Below are positions 42,433 through 53,037 of a DNA stretch of 64,000 nucleotides, in pieces. The DNA comes from an uncultured candidate division Zixibacteria bacterium. Its GTDB lineage: Bacteria; Zixibacteria; MSB-5A5; GN15; FEB-12. The translations under genes were made by a program, and so were the position numbers. The stretch lies in the NCBI GenBank assembly GCA_963735035.1, contig CAVTJJ010000004.1:320001-384000 (forward strand). Reading direction: 5' to 3'. The notes below the pieces were generated by a model, which saw only the letters and a program-made list of their open reading frames with translations, ran no database searches and had not been told where the DNA came from. Each line of letters opens with the position of its first letter. The first letter of the stretch is position 1.

Positions 42433-42469
42433 AAAAAAAGCGGCCCGGCGGTTGTTCACCACCGGGCCG
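42433..42469 (-). terminator. Rho-independent terminator
   Basis: CGGCCCGGTGGT..ACCGCCGGGCCG followed by T7 on the minus strand. Confidence 0.8.
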
Positions 42470-42514
42470 TAAGTGCAGTCTTGTTTCGAGGCCGCACTTC
42501 AATCTACGAAGAAA

Positions 42515-42586
42515 CTAGCAGCCCTTCTTCTTGTCTTTTTTGGGCTTCTTGGTCTCTTTTTTCGGTTTGTCTTTGCCTTTGGCCAT
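42515..42586 (-). CDS. 23-aa Lys-rich peptide MAKGKDKPKKETKKPKKDKKKGC
   Basis: GAGGAGG RBS 6 nt upstream; own terminator downstream. Confidence 0.7.
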   Translation of the reverse strand: MAKGKDKPKKETKKPKKDKKKGC

Positions 42587-42656
42587 TACGACCTCCTCTA
42601 AGTTGCGGCTGAAATATGACAACCTTGATTCATTCATGCAATATTTAAGTTTGAAC

Positions 42657-43046
42657 TTATCGTCCCATCCGTCGGAAATGCCAGACCACCCGATCCCCGT
42701 TGGATGTGACACATTTGTCACAGGCAGTCTGGGGGAACGAGTCATTGACCGAATACATCCAGAAATATTCGGCACTGGCTTCGGCCCGATCCACCCGGGT
42801 CACGAACGCCCCAACCACGGTGCCACGATAGTCCACCTCATGTTTCGCCTTAAGCAGGTCAAGAACCGAGGTCTGGTCCACACCAACCAGTTCAATTGCC
42901 AGACTATCCTGACCCTTTGCAACCGACGTTGAGGCGGAATCGGTCTGTTTAGGGGTTGGTTTGGAATCCGATCCACAGCCCGTGAAAAACGTCGCCAGAG
43001 CCAGGGCCGCGGCCGTCAGCAATAGCTGTTTGAGGGGGTGGATCAT
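42657..43046 (-). CDS. DUF4430-like lipoprotein
   Basis: Lipobox FTGC; G.FV..., FWMYSVND...GDRVVW. Confidence 0.75.
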   Translation of the reverse strand: MIHPLKQLLLTAAALALATFFTGCGSDSKPTPKQTDSASTSVAKGQDSLAIELVGVDQTSVLDLLKAKHEVDYRGTVVGAFVTRVDRAEASAEYFWMYSVNDSFPQTACDKCVTSNGDRVVWHFRRMGR

Positions 43047-43207
43047 CTGTTTATTTCTCGGGATTGAATAGTTTTCCACCCCGGTTGGTAATACGGTAAA
43101 CATGGTATCGCAAGCAGAAACAGTGTGTGAGGTTATCCGACAAGACTGTTGCGATGTCGGTTTGTGGGTGTATATTTCGGCGATGCAGCCTAACCCGGAG
43201 GTGAGAG

Positions 43208-44098
43208 ATGGGCATTGAGTTCGGCAGTCTGATCCAGCGCTCTTTTGATATTGCCTGGAAGTACAAGACCCTGTGGATTTTCGGTCTGTTTACCGGCGGT
43301 ACATCGGCCTTCAATTTCGACTGGACCAAGAAAGTCGAGTACCAGGCCACGGACTTGAACTTTGCCAGCGAGTGGTTTGACAAGCTTGGCCTGCCGTCGA
43401 CCATGGTGCAGCCAAGCTTCGCGATTCTGGGCGCAATCCTGCTCTGGCTGATAGCACTCGCCCTGCTCTTCTTCATTTGTTACCTAATCTCTCAGCCGGC
43501 GATTATCGATGCCGTCAACAAGATTACTCGAGGGGGGCAATACAACTGGGGAACGTCGTTCTCCAGGGGGACTGATTTCTTCTGGCGTTTTCTGGGTATG
43601 GTCATGGTCGAATTCTTCGTTGTCATTGCCATTCTAGCTGGAGTAGTGATGCCCGCCGTTCTTCTCACGCCGTTCACTCTTCTTCTAACTATACCGGTGG
43701 CGCTGATCTTGTACTTCTTTGTCTTTCACACCTTTCGATTGGGCGGGGTGGCTATGGTGGCGCGAGACAGTCACATCGCCGATGCCATCATTGAGGGTTG
43801 GAACCTGCTGATGCAGAACAAGACCAACTGTTTCCTAATAACCCTGATCGGGCTAGGGCTGGCGATAGCCTTCGCGATCGTGATCGGAATCTTCACGTTC
43901 CTGCTGTATTGGCCGATCAACGCGCTCATACTCAGCTTGACCGGGAATTTGGTGGCGATCTTGATGATGGCGCTGACTATCGGATTGCCGGTGGCGCTGG
44001 TTCTGGGCGGGTACTCCGGGACTTTTTTCAACGCCCTGTACGTGCAGTTCTATTTCCGGATGGTGGAACCACCGCGCCCGGTGGCAGTGGTGGCGTAG
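43208..44098 (+). CDS. Multi-TM membrane protein, unknown function
   Basis: GGAGG RBS; IAWKYK.LWIFG; about 6 TM. Confidence 0.8.
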   Translation: MGIEFGSLIQRSFDIAWKYKTLWIFGLFTGGTSAFNFDWTKKVEYQATDLNFASEWFDKLGLPSTMVQPSFAILGAILLWLIALALLFFICYLISQPAIIDAVNKITRGGQYNWGTSFSRGTDFFWRFLGMVMVEFFVVIAILAGVVMPAVLLTPFTLLLTIPVALILYFFVFHTFRLGGVAMVARDSHIADAIIEGWNLLMQNKTNCFLITLIGLGLAIAFAIVIGIFTFLLYWPINALILSLTGNLVAILMMALTIGLPVALVLGGYSGTFFNALYVQFYFRMVEPPRPVAVVA

Positions 44099-44189
44099 CG
44101 TAGAATAGTGGGCGGCAGACCTCCCGGTCTGCCCCAATCATCTGCTTTAGTCTTGCCAAGGTTAAGGGTGCGTCGTTAATTCTTCCGGC

Positions 44190-45410
44190 ATGAATAAGAC
44201 AGTATTTGGAATTCTTCTGCTTTTCGCGTGCGCTTCTTCGAGCGCGCAGGTTGATTCCGCCGATTCGGTCGCTCCGGCCACTCCGGCGCCAAGACCGATT
44301 CGCTACGATCTGCCCGTGCCGGAAGTTCGCTTCAATGACCGCGCCGCCATGTTTCAGGCGGAACTGTATCCGGAGTTCTACCTGACCCATTCCGTGGCCC
44401 AGGACCTTCGCTGGGTGCGTGAAAACGACTCGGCGCTGGCCTACTTTTGGCAGACTCAGGGCGACAGCACACTGTGGCTGCTCACTCAGTACTCTGGACT
44501 TGACTGGGTCGAGGACCGTTTCGATCTGTACGTATTGCGCTGGTATCCGTCGTTCGGCGGGTCCGACCCGCTCGTAATTCCAATCGGCGGGATGCGTCGT
44601 GGCGGCACCGCTATTGCCGCGCCCCCTGGAGCGGTTCAGAAATTCAACCTGATCTACCAGTTGGCCCATCGGATGTTGTCCCAGTCGGAGCGGGCCGACG
44701 ATCCGCTGTATCGCTCGATGGCCGGGCATCCGCTTATGCAGCCCAGCCCGTACCGTCGTGATAATCTGGCCGTACTTCTCGCCACCGTGACGGCGCAGAA
44801 GATCCTCGGCCTCGATTCGACGTTCGAAGCTTACCAGTCGGATTTCTTCAAGAGACTTCACCCTGGGCGGGAAGTCTTTGAAAAGTTCCTGCTCACTCAT
44901 TGGGCGCTAACCCCGGAACGTCCGTTGCTGCAGTGGGTGCTCGACGAATCGCCGATGTCGGCGCTGGTCGAGGCTACCCGCGCCCCGGCGCGGTCCGAGG
45001 ATTCGCTTGCCCTGGCTCCGGAATATGTCGAAGGGCTCCCGCTGAAAGGACAGCTCGGATTCTCGATCAAAACGGGCGACAACAACCGTCTCACTATCGA
45101 CAAGATTGACACGTTGCGTCTGGCCTATGCCTGCGGCCTGCGGGTGGGTGACGTGGTCCGTTCGGTGGACGGGAAACGGCCGCGGACACATCGCCAGCTA
45201 ATCGAATTCGTGCTGGTTGGGCTCGACAAGGGTGGCTCGACCGTCTCGGTGTTGCGCAATGAGGCCGAAATCACGATGGTTCTCCGACCCGGGGCTTTCG
45301 CCGGCAGCAAGGACAAGCGGACCAGCCCGTTCGACGACTCCGCGGACACTCTGATTTTCGAGTCTCGTCCCCCGGACAGCTCCAAATCCCGTTCGGTCGG
45401 GCCGCACTAG
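44190..45410 (+). CDS. Secreted PDZ-domain protein
   Basis: Signal peptide; LGFS...GLRVGDVVRSVDG...VLRN. Confidence 0.78.
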   Translation: MNKTVFGILLLFACASSSAQVDSADSVAPATPAPRPIRYDLPVPEVRFNDRAAMFQAELYPEFYLTHSVAQDLRWVRENDSALAYFWQTQGDSTLWLLTQYSGLDWVEDRFDLYVLRWYPSFGGSDPLVIPIGGMRRGGTAIAAPPGAVQKFNLIYQLAHRMLSQSERADDPLYRSMAGHPLMQPSPYRRDNLAVLLATVTAQKILGLDSTFEAYQSDFFKRLHPGREVFEKFLLTHWALTPERPLLQWVLDESPMSALVEATRAPARSEDSLALAPEYVEGLPLKGQLGFSIKTGDNNRLTIDKIDTLRLAYACGLRVGDVVRSVDGKRPRTHRQLIEFVLVGLDKGGSTVSVLRNEAEITMVLRPGAFAGSKDKRTSPFDDSADTLIFESRPPDSSKSRSVGPH

Positions 45411-45549
45411 GCTTTCTTTCGTCTTCCAGCCGATTGACGACTGCACTGCCGTAACGTATTCTTCAGCCTAGCCTGTTCATTCGCTGCGTCAGAGTATTAT
45501 CAGGATTTGAAAAGACGGGCGGCGGCACAGGTACGGGAAAGCGGTCCGT

Positions 45550-46458
45550 GTGAGGCTATTCAAGAGTACCAAGCGATATACGGTCTATCTGCTGATCAGA
45601 GGTCTGGCCGCGATATTCAATTTGGTACCGAGGCGAGTCGCCATCTCTATGGGTGGGTGGCTTGGACTGGCCGCCTGGACCATGGCCACGCGCGAACAGC
45701 ACCGGGCGCTCCGTCATCTGACACTGGTTTACGGACGGCATATGTCTCACCGCGAGAGGGTGCGCCTCGCGCGCGATTTCTTTATCAACAGCGGGAAGAA
45801 CGTCGCCGATTTCCTTCGCTTCAAGAAGCATTTCCACAGCGAAATCCTGCCTTTGATTGATATCGAAGGGCTGGAGCATTTCGATGCGGCGTACCGTCGT
45901 GGCAAGGGTCTTATCGGCGTGACCGGGCATATCGGTAATTTTGAGTTGTTAGCGGCCTGTATTCAGAGCCGGGGATACGAAGTCGCCGCAATCGGTCGCG
46001 AACTCAGTAACCCGTACCTTGATCGCATGCTTCTGGCCAATCGTGAGGCGGTCGGGCTGGTCACCATTGCCACCACCGATTCGCCCAAGCGCATGCTTGG
46101 TTGGCTCAAAGACGGCAAGGCGCTCGGGGTATTGATCGACACCGACTCCCACCGCGTACGCGGGGAGTTCATTCCGGCTTTCGGACGTTGGTCTTACACG
46201 CCGGTTGGCCAGACCATCCTCGGACTCCGGATGGGTTCGGCTTTTGTGCCAATGGCGTGCGTGCGGACGGCCGACGACCACTATAAAATAATCGTTTGCC
46301 CCGAAGTGAAAAGCGATCCGGGGGCCGATCCCGACGCTGAAATCTACAATATCACTCTGAAATGTACCCAGGCCCTTGAGGGTATTATCCGCAATTACCC
46401 TGACCAGTGGCCCTGGCAGCACAACCGTTGGCGGACCCGCAAGCCCCGACCTGCTTGA
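45550..46458 (+). CDS. Lipid A lauroyl acyltransferase (LpxL/HtrB family)
   Basis: HIGNFE and IR.YPDQW.W.H.RW motifs. Confidence 0.88.
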   Translation: MRLFKSTKRYTVYLLIRGLAAIFNLVPRRVAISMGGWLGLAAWTMATREQHRALRHLTLVYGRHMSHRERVRLARDFFINSGKNVADFLRFKKHFHSEILPLIDIEGLEHFDAAYRRGKGLIGVTGHIGNFELLAACIQSRGYEVAAIGRELSNPYLDRMLLANREAVGLVTIATTDSPKRMLGWLKDGKALGVLIDTDSHRVRGEFIPAFGRWSYTPVGQTILGLRMGSAFVPMACVRTADDHYKIIVCPEVKSDPGADPDAEIYNITLKCTQALEGIIRNYPDQWPWQHNRWRTRKPRPA

Positions 46459-46514
46459 CTTTGGGCTGTTTTCTTCGATCTTACTGGTCGAAATACGTAT
46501 AAGAGAGTCGAGCT

Positions 46515-47081
46515 ATGAATATGTTAAGAGTCGGAGTCCTGATATCATTGGCAATGCTGGTTCTTCTGGCGGCGTGCACCCGGAAGAATGTGGCCCCGGG
46601 GGATAAGGGTCCGACCGATTCTGCCCTGAAGCCCGACTCGGAAGTCTCTGGTGCCACCATCTTTCTCTACGATCGCGAAGTAGTTCAGGCCGAAATCCAT
46701 TCCAAACTGATGCGCCGGTTCGAAGCTATCGATTCAACTGTGGCGTACACTCTCGACGTCGATTTTCACGATTCGCTCGGCGCGGTCACGTCCAATCTCA
46801 TTGCCGATTCGGGCGTGATTCGCGAAAAGGACGACCGCATGGAGGTGTTCGGCAAGGTGGTTGTCTTGACTCAGGACTCTACCCGGTTAGACACCGACTT
46901 TCTTCGATGGAACCCCAAGCGGCACAAGATCGAATCGGAATCGTTCGTCAAGTTCACCCGCCGGACTGATATAATGACCGGGTGGGGGATGGAAGCGGAT
47001 CCTGACCTGGGACGTCTCAAGATTCTAAGTCAGGTCTCCGGCTCGGTCTCTGAGACCGAAATCAAGTCCGACTCTTTGTGA
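46515..47081 (+). CDS. lptC: LPS export protein LptC
   Basis: Lipobox LAAC; beta-jellyroll with L.TD.L.W and G.GMEAD..L; LPS context. Confidence 0.78.
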   Translation: MNMLRVGVLISLAMLVLLAACTRKNVAPGDKGPTDSALKPDSEVSGATIFLYDREVVQAEIHSKLMRRFEAIDSTVAYTLDVDFHDSLGAVTSNLIADSGVIREKDDRMEVFGKVVVLTQDSTRLDTDFLRWNPKRHKIESESFVKFTRRTDIMTGWGMEADPDLGRLKILSQVSGSVSETEIKSDSL

Positions 47082-47160
47082 CCCGCAAAATCGTCTCGGC
47101 ATCCCTTGTTTTCGGGCGGCGCGCTAGTATATTGTGCTCTCCAAAGGGGTTGATGGGCTG

Positions 47161-47541
47161 ATGGGTAAGCTGGCCGATTTCTTTCAATTTTCAAACGCAC
47201 AATTGCGGTTCCTGATAGTGTTGACCGTGACCGCAGTCGCTATGTCAATATTTCTGCTTCTTCACACCCTCGCGGCTCCGACTTCGGCGGCGCTTACGTT
47301 TCCGGTGATCCTGGGTGACGAGAATTCTCAGTACACCGGTGTGTTCTTGCTTGATCCCAATACCGCCCCGGCTGATTCGCTGGAGCTGCTTCCAGGCATA
47401 GGTCGTGTCCTGGCAGATCGCATCGTCGAATATCGGCAGACCCATCGTTTCGAGCGACCGGTCGACCTCACCGAAGTCAAAGGGATCAGACCAAAACTCT
47501 TTGAGCGGCTCCGTCCGTACATTCGTATTAACCAACCATGA
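47161..47541 (+). CDS. ComEA-like helix-hairpin-helix protein
   Basis: DPNTA....LELLPGIG..LA.RIV.YR. Confidence 0.85.
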   Translation: MGKLADFFQFSNAQLRFLIVLTVTAVAMSIFLLLHTLAAPTSAALTFPVILGDENSQYTGVFLLDPNTAPADSLELLPGIGRVLADRIVEYRQTHRFERPVDLTEVKGIRPKLFERLRPYIRINQP

Positions 47542-48395
47542 GCGAACGTTGCACCGGCCTTGATCTGCGCGGGGAAAAACTCCTGGCGGCATCCACTCGT
47601 CTGGAATCAGGTCGCCTGATTGTGGAGCGGCTGGAGACGTCTTCTGCGATCGAATCCCCGCACCTATCACTGGTCGGGGGAGATCGCATCCGACTGGCAG
47701 TGTCAGATCATCACACCATGGTTAAGACCATCCGGTTGAGCGAGACGGGCTCAACAAATCTGAATGATCGCCTTCAGTTTGAACTTATCCAGTCGTTGCT
47801 GGAACCCGCCGAAATGTTTCAGTTCGATCAAGCGTCCAGCGGCATTCCGGAGCGATATCTTGGATTCATCTGGCGGAAGGAATACCTGTACGAGCTTACT
47901 ACGAAACTCGGTCTGAACGAGGAGTCCACCGCGGAACCGGTGTCGTATAGGGCCCGGTCGATAGCTCTCGGGCGGGGGTTTCTGGCGGTTTGTGACGGCC
48001 GTGACGACAACCTGGTCGTTCTGGTAGATCTGGCCGGAGATGGTGCCTCGCTCTGTTATCTCTACAACCGGCATGTGGTCGATGTCGCCGTCATGTCTCT
48101 TGGGGGCTACGATCTGAACGGCGATACAGGACGCCGGAGCTTTGGGGTCGATCTTAGAACACTTATGAATTACAAACTGTCGACCCTGCTCGATTCCGGG
48201 ATCTCGGTGCCTCTGGCCGGTCTGTACCTTACGGGTGAGCAGGTGGACGACGCCGTCATAGCCGCGGTTCAGGAGTCTTTCCCGGTAGCGGTGTCGATTC
48301 CGAAGCCACGCGAGGGATTCTTTGGCGCCTTCGACGATGCCACTCATCGAGCTTTACCCCTCTACCTGATCGCGATCGGTCTGACTGTCAATTAG
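47538..48395 (+). CDS. PilM-like actin-fold protein (divergent)
   Basis: GLDL N-terminus, LVDLAG, LYLTG, C-terminal AIGL. Confidence 0.55.
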   Translation: MSERCTGLDLRGEKLLAASTRLESGRLIVERLETSSAIESPHLSLVGGDRIRLAVSDHHTMVKTIRLSETGSTNLNDRLQFELIQSLLEPAEMFQFDQASSGIPERYLGFIWRKEYLYELTTKLGLNEESTAEPVSYRARSIALGRGFLAVCDGRDDNLVVLVDLAGDGASLCYLYNRHVVDVAVMSLGGYDLNGDTGRRSFGVDLRTLMNYKLSTLLDSGISVPLAGLYLTGEQVDDAVIAAVQESFPVAVSIPKPREGFFGAFDDATHRALPLYLIAIGLTVN

Positions 48396-48470
48396 CTTGC
48401 CATCAGACGTCCGGGATTCTATGTTTGAAATCCGGCGGCTTGGTTGGCCGCCGGATATTCGAGCGTGATT

Positions 48471-48980
48471 ATGACAAGTGAAACTGACATTCGCCTGGGC
48501 CTGTATCCGGGGACTTTCGATCCGGTAACCAACGGCCATATTTCCCTGATTGAGCGCGCCTGCCACATCTTTGATGAAGTGATCGTCGCCGTCGCGGCCA
48601 ATGTCGGCAAGGCCCCGCTTTTCTCTCACGACGAGAGAGTCGCCCTGATGAAGGCCTCGGTGAACCAGCTCGAATCGAACGGGCACATCCGGGTGGTCAA
48701 GTTTGACGGACTCCTGGCGGATTTGGTCCGGGATCTCAAGATTACGGCCATCATTCGCGGGCTGCGCGCGGTCTCCGATTTCGAGAGCGAATTTCAGATG
48801 GCGCTCATGAATCGGAAGTTGGCGCGTGATGTTGAGACGGTTTTCATGATGCCCGCTCTCTCCTGGGTGTACCTCTCATCGTCGATAGTGCGTGATGTGG
48901 CTGCCAACCGGGGCGATGTCAGCGGCCTGGTGCCCGATCCGGTGCTCGAAGCCCTCAAGAAGAAATTTCCGCCTCGATAG
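48471..48980 (+). CDS. coaD: Phosphopantetheine adenylyltransferase
   Basis: YPGTFDPVTNGH, RGLR..SDF, SSS. Confidence 0.96.
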   Translation: MTSETDIRLGLYPGTFDPVTNGHISLIERACHIFDEVIVAVAANVGKAPLFSHDERVALMKASVNQLESNGHIRVVKFDGLLADLVRDLKITAIIRGLRAVSDFESEFQMALMNRKLARDVETVFMMPALSWVYLSSSIVRDVAANRGDVSGLVPDPVLEALKKKFPPR

Positions 48981-49038
48981 AATCACCCGGGTGTCGGGGG
49001 CCCTGGCCCGATCACACCCTATGAATTGGACGAATACC

Positions 49039-50607
49039 ATGAGCGAAGAACACGCCCCAACCCCTCCGACCGACGATATCCAGATTCCGCTTACCGATCT
49101 GGTCCGGATCAGACGCGCCAAAGCCCGCGATCTTGCAGCTGCCGGCGTCAATCCGTATCCATACCGGTTCGAGTCGGTCCGACATATCAAAGGAATCCTT
49201 GACGATTTCGACCGTATGGTCGCCGAAGCCACGGTGATACGCATCGCCGGACGCATCATGTCCAATCGCAAGATGGGGAAGGTCTTCTTTGCCGATCTGC
49301 GCGACAGCACCGAGCGGTTACAGATTTATGTCAAGCGCGACATAGTCGGCGAGGATGGGTTCAAGATTTTCGACCAGGTCGATTTGGGAGACATCATTGG
49401 CTGCGAGGGCACCCTGTTCGTAACCAAGACCGGCGAGCGCACTCTTAAGGTCCAATCTTTCGAGTTGCTCACCAAGTCTTTGCACCCGCTGCCCGACAAG
49501 CATTCGGGCCTGACCGACAAGGAAACGCGCTACCGTCGCCGCTACGCTGATTTGATCGTCAACCCGGAAGTTCGCGATACGTTTCGCAAACGTACGAAGA
49601 TCATTCAGATCGTCCGAGATTTTCTGAACGGCGAAGATTTTCTCGAAGTCGAAACGCCGATTTTGCAGCCGCAATACGGCGGCGCCAGCGCCCGGCCGTT
49701 CAAGACGCATCATTTCCGGCTGGACATACCGATGTACCTTCGCATCGCCGACGAACTCTACCTCAAGCGCCTGATAGTTGGAGGTTACGACAAGGTCTGG
49801 GAGTTCTGTAAGGATTTCCGCAACGAAGGTCTCGACCGTTTACACAACCCGGAATTCTCGATGATCGAGCTCTACTGGGCCTACGCCGATTATCGCGACG
49901 TGGCGGCGTTGTTCGAGAATCTCTTACGCCACACCGCGAAGCAACTCACCGGCTCGTACAAAGTGCCCTACGGCGAGCACGTGATCGATTTCGAACCGCC
50001 GTTTCGCTGGGTGACGATGATCGGGTCCATAAGGGAACACACCGGGGTTGATTTTACCGATTTCGATTTTGCCGAATCAAAAGCCGCTGCCAAGAAGCTG
50101 GGCGTGGAAGGCAGCGAGTTGATCAATCGCGGCAAAGTCATCGCCGCGGTGTATGAGGCGAAAGTCGAGCCGACTCTCATTCAGCCGACTTTCGTGGCCG
50201 ATTTCCCGGTGGAAATTTCGCCTCTAGCCAAGAAGCATCGCGCCGATGATCGTCTGACCGAGCGGTTCGAGCTGTTCATCGCCGCGCAGGAAATGGGCAA
50301 TGCCTTTTCTGAGCTGAACGACCCGATGGATCAATTGCAGCGCTTTCTGCAACAGGGGAAGGCGCTGGCGGCGGGTGATGAAGAAGCGCAGCCGCTCGAC
50401 GATGATTTCATTACGGCGCTTGCCTACGGCATGCCGCCGACCGCGGGGCTCGGGTTCGGTATCGACCGCCTGGTGATGCTCCTGACCGATTCGCACTCGA
50501 TCCGCGACGTGGTATTCTTCCCGCAAATGAAGGATCTGCGCGAAGGATCGGTGCCGGTATCGCACATTCTGGCGCAACTTCTGGAAGAGGAACAGTCCTC
50601 GAGTTGA
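49039..50607 (+). CDS. lysS: Lysine-tRNA ligase (class II)
   Basis: OB fold; GGASARPF.T, LRIA.EL.LKRL, FRNEG, HNPEF, PPTAGLGFGIDRL. Confidence 0.97.
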   Translation: MSEEHAPTPPTDDIQIPLTDLVRIRRAKARDLAAAGVNPYPYRFESVRHIKGILDDFDRMVAEATVIRIAGRIMSNRKMGKVFFADLRDSTERLQIYVKRDIVGEDGFKIFDQVDLGDIIGCEGTLFVTKTGERTLKVQSFELLTKSLHPLPDKHSGLTDKETRYRRRYADLIVNPEVRDTFRKRTKIIQIVRDFLNGEDFLEVETPILQPQYGGASARPFKTHHFRLDIPMYLRIADELYLKRLIVGGYDKVWEFCKDFRNEGLDRLHNPEFSMIELYWAYADYRDVAALFENLLRHTAKQLTGSYKVPYGEHVIDFEPPFRWVTMIGSIREHTGVDFTDFDFAESKAAAKKLGVEGSELINRGKVIAAVYEAKVEPTLIQPTFVADFPVEISPLAKKHRADDRLTERFELFIAAQEMGNAFSELNDPMDQLQRFLQQGKALAAGDEEAQPLDDDFITALAYGMPPTAGLGFGIDRLVMLLTDSHSIRDVVFFPQMKDLREGSVPVSHILAQLLEEEQSSS

Positions 50608-50620
50608 CGTATAAGGCTAT

Positions 50621-51226
50621 ATGAGACGGCAAAGCACTCACATGGTTGTCGCCGCCGTAATGGCGGCTCTCCTGGTCGGGCTCGCATCCTGCAGCACATT
50701 TCGATCCAGCTATTTCTTACCATCGAACGAGAACCCGGTCTTCTTTGATCACTACCGGTTGACGCCTCGCATTTTCGCTTATAGAGAATCCCGCCTCAAT
50801 GCACCAAGAGTGGTAAGGGGCACATACTCGGTCACCATTAGAGTCCAAGATTCAGTTGCTGACCTTGAAGGTTACGAATGGCAAATGACCGACGAGCAAC
50901 TGAAAAGCCTGTCCGACGGATTCCTGAAACGGATCACTGATGATTTCCTGGTCGATTCGCTCGTGATGTATGAAACTCCCGGCGAGTCGCAGCCGATGGT
51001 GTTGCTGCCGGACCGAACGAACTATGCCCCGCGACGTGAGGATTTCCTGACCTTCAAATTCGGCGAGATTACGTTCCCTCGCGAGACGATACGGCTCCGC
51101 GCCGTACTGCACGTGACCCGTCTAGGATCACCGCCGTCGGCCGATTCGGTCGTGTTTCAATTGAACCGAATTGAACTCGAAGATCGCGGGCTATTGATGA
51201 TGAGCAATCAAACCCAGGGCTATTGA
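50621..51226 (+). CDS. Hypothetical lipoprotein
   Basis: Lipobox LASC. Confidence 0.7.
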   Translation: MRRQSTHMVVAAVMAALLVGLASCSTFRSSYFLPSNENPVFFDHYRLTPRIFAYRESRLNAPRVVRGTYSVTIRVQDSVADLEGYEWQMTDEQLKSLSDGFLKRITDDFLVDSLVMYETPGESQPMVLLPDRTNYAPRREDFLTFKFGEITFPRETIRLRAVLHVTRLGSPPSADSVVFQLNRIELEDRGLLMMSNQTQGY

Positions 51227-51256
51227 GCCACGCGAGTGGCGAAGGAGGCTATAGTC

Positions 51257-51712
51257 ATGGCAAATATAATGACTCCCCCGACGTCAGAGTTTTTCGACAA
51301 CGTCCGGTCCATTGCAGTGATTGGTGTGTCCGAGAACAAAATGAAATTCGGCGCGGCTGCCTATCGTGAGTTGAAAGAGCGAGGCTACGAGGTCTTTCCG
51401 CTACATCCGTCACTTAGGACCTTCGACGGCGCTGCATGCTACGCCGCCTTGTCCGACCTTCCGGTGACACCCGACTGCGTCCTGATAACGGTCAAGCCCT
51501 CACAGGCTGTGGCCGTTGTAAGGCAGACCGCAGAACGGGGTACCAAAAGAATCTGGTTTCAGCAGGGGAAGAATTTCTCTGACGCCGTCAAGCAGGCCGA
51601 TCAGCTCGGTCTTAAGAGCGTTCACGGTCGTTGTATCTTGATGTACGCTGGCCCGGTCAAGGGGATGCACAAGGTGCATCGCTTCTTGAGCAAGTTTTTC
51701 GGAAGATATTGA
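51257..51712 (+). CDS. CoA-binding domain protein (YccU-like)
   Basis: IAVIGVS...KFG, WFQQG, CILM; AAGGAGG RBS. Confidence 0.88.
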   Translation: MANIMTPPTSEFFDNVRSIAVIGVSENKMKFGAAAYRELKERGYEVFPLHPSLRTFDGAACYAALSDLPVTPDCVLITVKPSQAVAVVRQTAERGTKRIWFQQGKNFSDAVKQADQLGLKSVHGRCILMYAGPVKGMHKVHRFLSKFFGRY

Positions 51713-51779
51713 ACTTTTCGTTCTGCTTTTCGTCAATCATCTTGAGCTACGAACGCCAACCTAACCGATGAGGTCGATT

Positions 51780-53036
51780 ATGTCTGAGATCAGAATAGTT
51801 CAGGAAAGTGAATTCGAAGAAGTCATCCGCATCGCCGCTGAGGCGTATCCATCGATGGGCGTGACCGGCCGCGAAGCGATTCGTAGCTGGGAGAAACGAC
51901 TGATTACTACCATGCGGGACAAAGACTGGACCCCGTATGGCGTATTTCGCAACGGCAAGATGGTGGGCATCTATCGCAACTTCGATTTCGTCCTCAACGT
52001 TCGTGGCAATCTCATGCCCGCCGGAGGTCTCGGTATGGTGGCGGTCGACCTCACCCACAAAAAGGAACATATTGCCAAGGAGATCGTGGAGTCGTTCCTG
52101 GGGCACTACTATCGCAAAGGCGAGCCCATGACCACGCTCTGGCCGTTCCGTATCGATTTCTATCATCAGATGGGTTTCGGCCTCGGCGGACGTCGTTACC
52201 AGTATCGCATTCGTCCGGAAAGTCTCCCGCGCGGTACCGGCAAAGTGCACATCCGGTATCTGAGCGAGAAAGACATCCCGGCCCTTACCGAATGCTACAA
52301 TCGGCTGGTCGACAAACGCAACGGGATGATCCGCCACAGCGAAGCACGCTGGGAGAACCGATTCGAATTCCTGGAGAAACTCAAGTACATCGGTTGCGAA
52401 TTCGACGGTCGTCTCGACGGGTACCTGGTGTACAATTTCAAGACCCCGGCGAATCCCGGAAGTTTCATGGACAGCGAAATGATCGTGACCGAGCTGTTCT
52501 ATCACACACCACAGGCGCTTTCCGAGTTGCTCGCCTTTCTACATTCACAAGCGGATCAGGTGTCTTGCCTGACGCTGGAAACATCGGATGACGAACTGTA
52601 CTTCATCATGTCTAATCCTGCGATGGCATCCGGAACCAAGATGGCGCCGACCTATCATGACAGCCACATGGCCGGGCTGGGGGTCATGTACCGCGTGATG
52701 GATCTCGGCCGATTGTTTGCCGCGCTGGAGAAACCATCGTTCGGCGATGACCGCCTGACCGTGAAGATCAATCTGCTCGATACTTTCCTCCCCCAGAATC
52801 AGGGGGCGCGAGTAGTCCATTTCGAAGGGGGCCGGGGGAGAGTCGTGGATGACGAACCGGCCGAGGTTGCGATCAGTCTCGATGTGGCCGAGTTCACGTC
52901 GATGCTCATGGCGGCGGTCGGATTCCGCAAACTGCATACTTATGGGCTGGCGACAATATCCGATCATGAGTATATCGATCGCATCGACCGGTTGTTTGCT
53001 TATCCTCAGAAGCCGGTCTGTGTGACGCCGTTCTGA
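51780..53036 (+). CDS. Eis-like GNAT acetyltransferase with SCP2-like C-terminus
   Basis: GLGMVAVD..H, LWPF..DFY..MGF, C-terminal TPF. Confidence 0.85.
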   Translation: MSEIRIVQESEFEEVIRIAAEAYPSMGVTGREAIRSWEKRLITTMRDKDWTPYGVFRNGKMVGIYRNFDFVLNVRGNLMPAGGLGMVAVDLTHKKEHIAKEIVESFLGHYYRKGEPMTTLWPFRIDFYHQMGFGLGGRRYQYRIRPESLPRGTGKVHIRYLSEKDIPALTECYNRLVDKRNGMIRHSEARWENRFEFLEKLKYIGCEFDGRLDGYLVYNFKTPANPGSFMDSEMIVTELFYHTPQALSELLAFLHSQADQVSCLTLETSDDELYFIMSNPAMASGTKMAPTYHDSHMAGLGVMYRVMDLGRLFAALEKPSFGDDRLTVKINLLDTFLPQNQGARVVHFEGGRGRVVDDEPAEVAISLDVAEFTSMLMAAVGFRKLHTYGLATISDHEYIDRIDRLFAYPQKPVCVTPF

Positions 53037-53037
53037 C

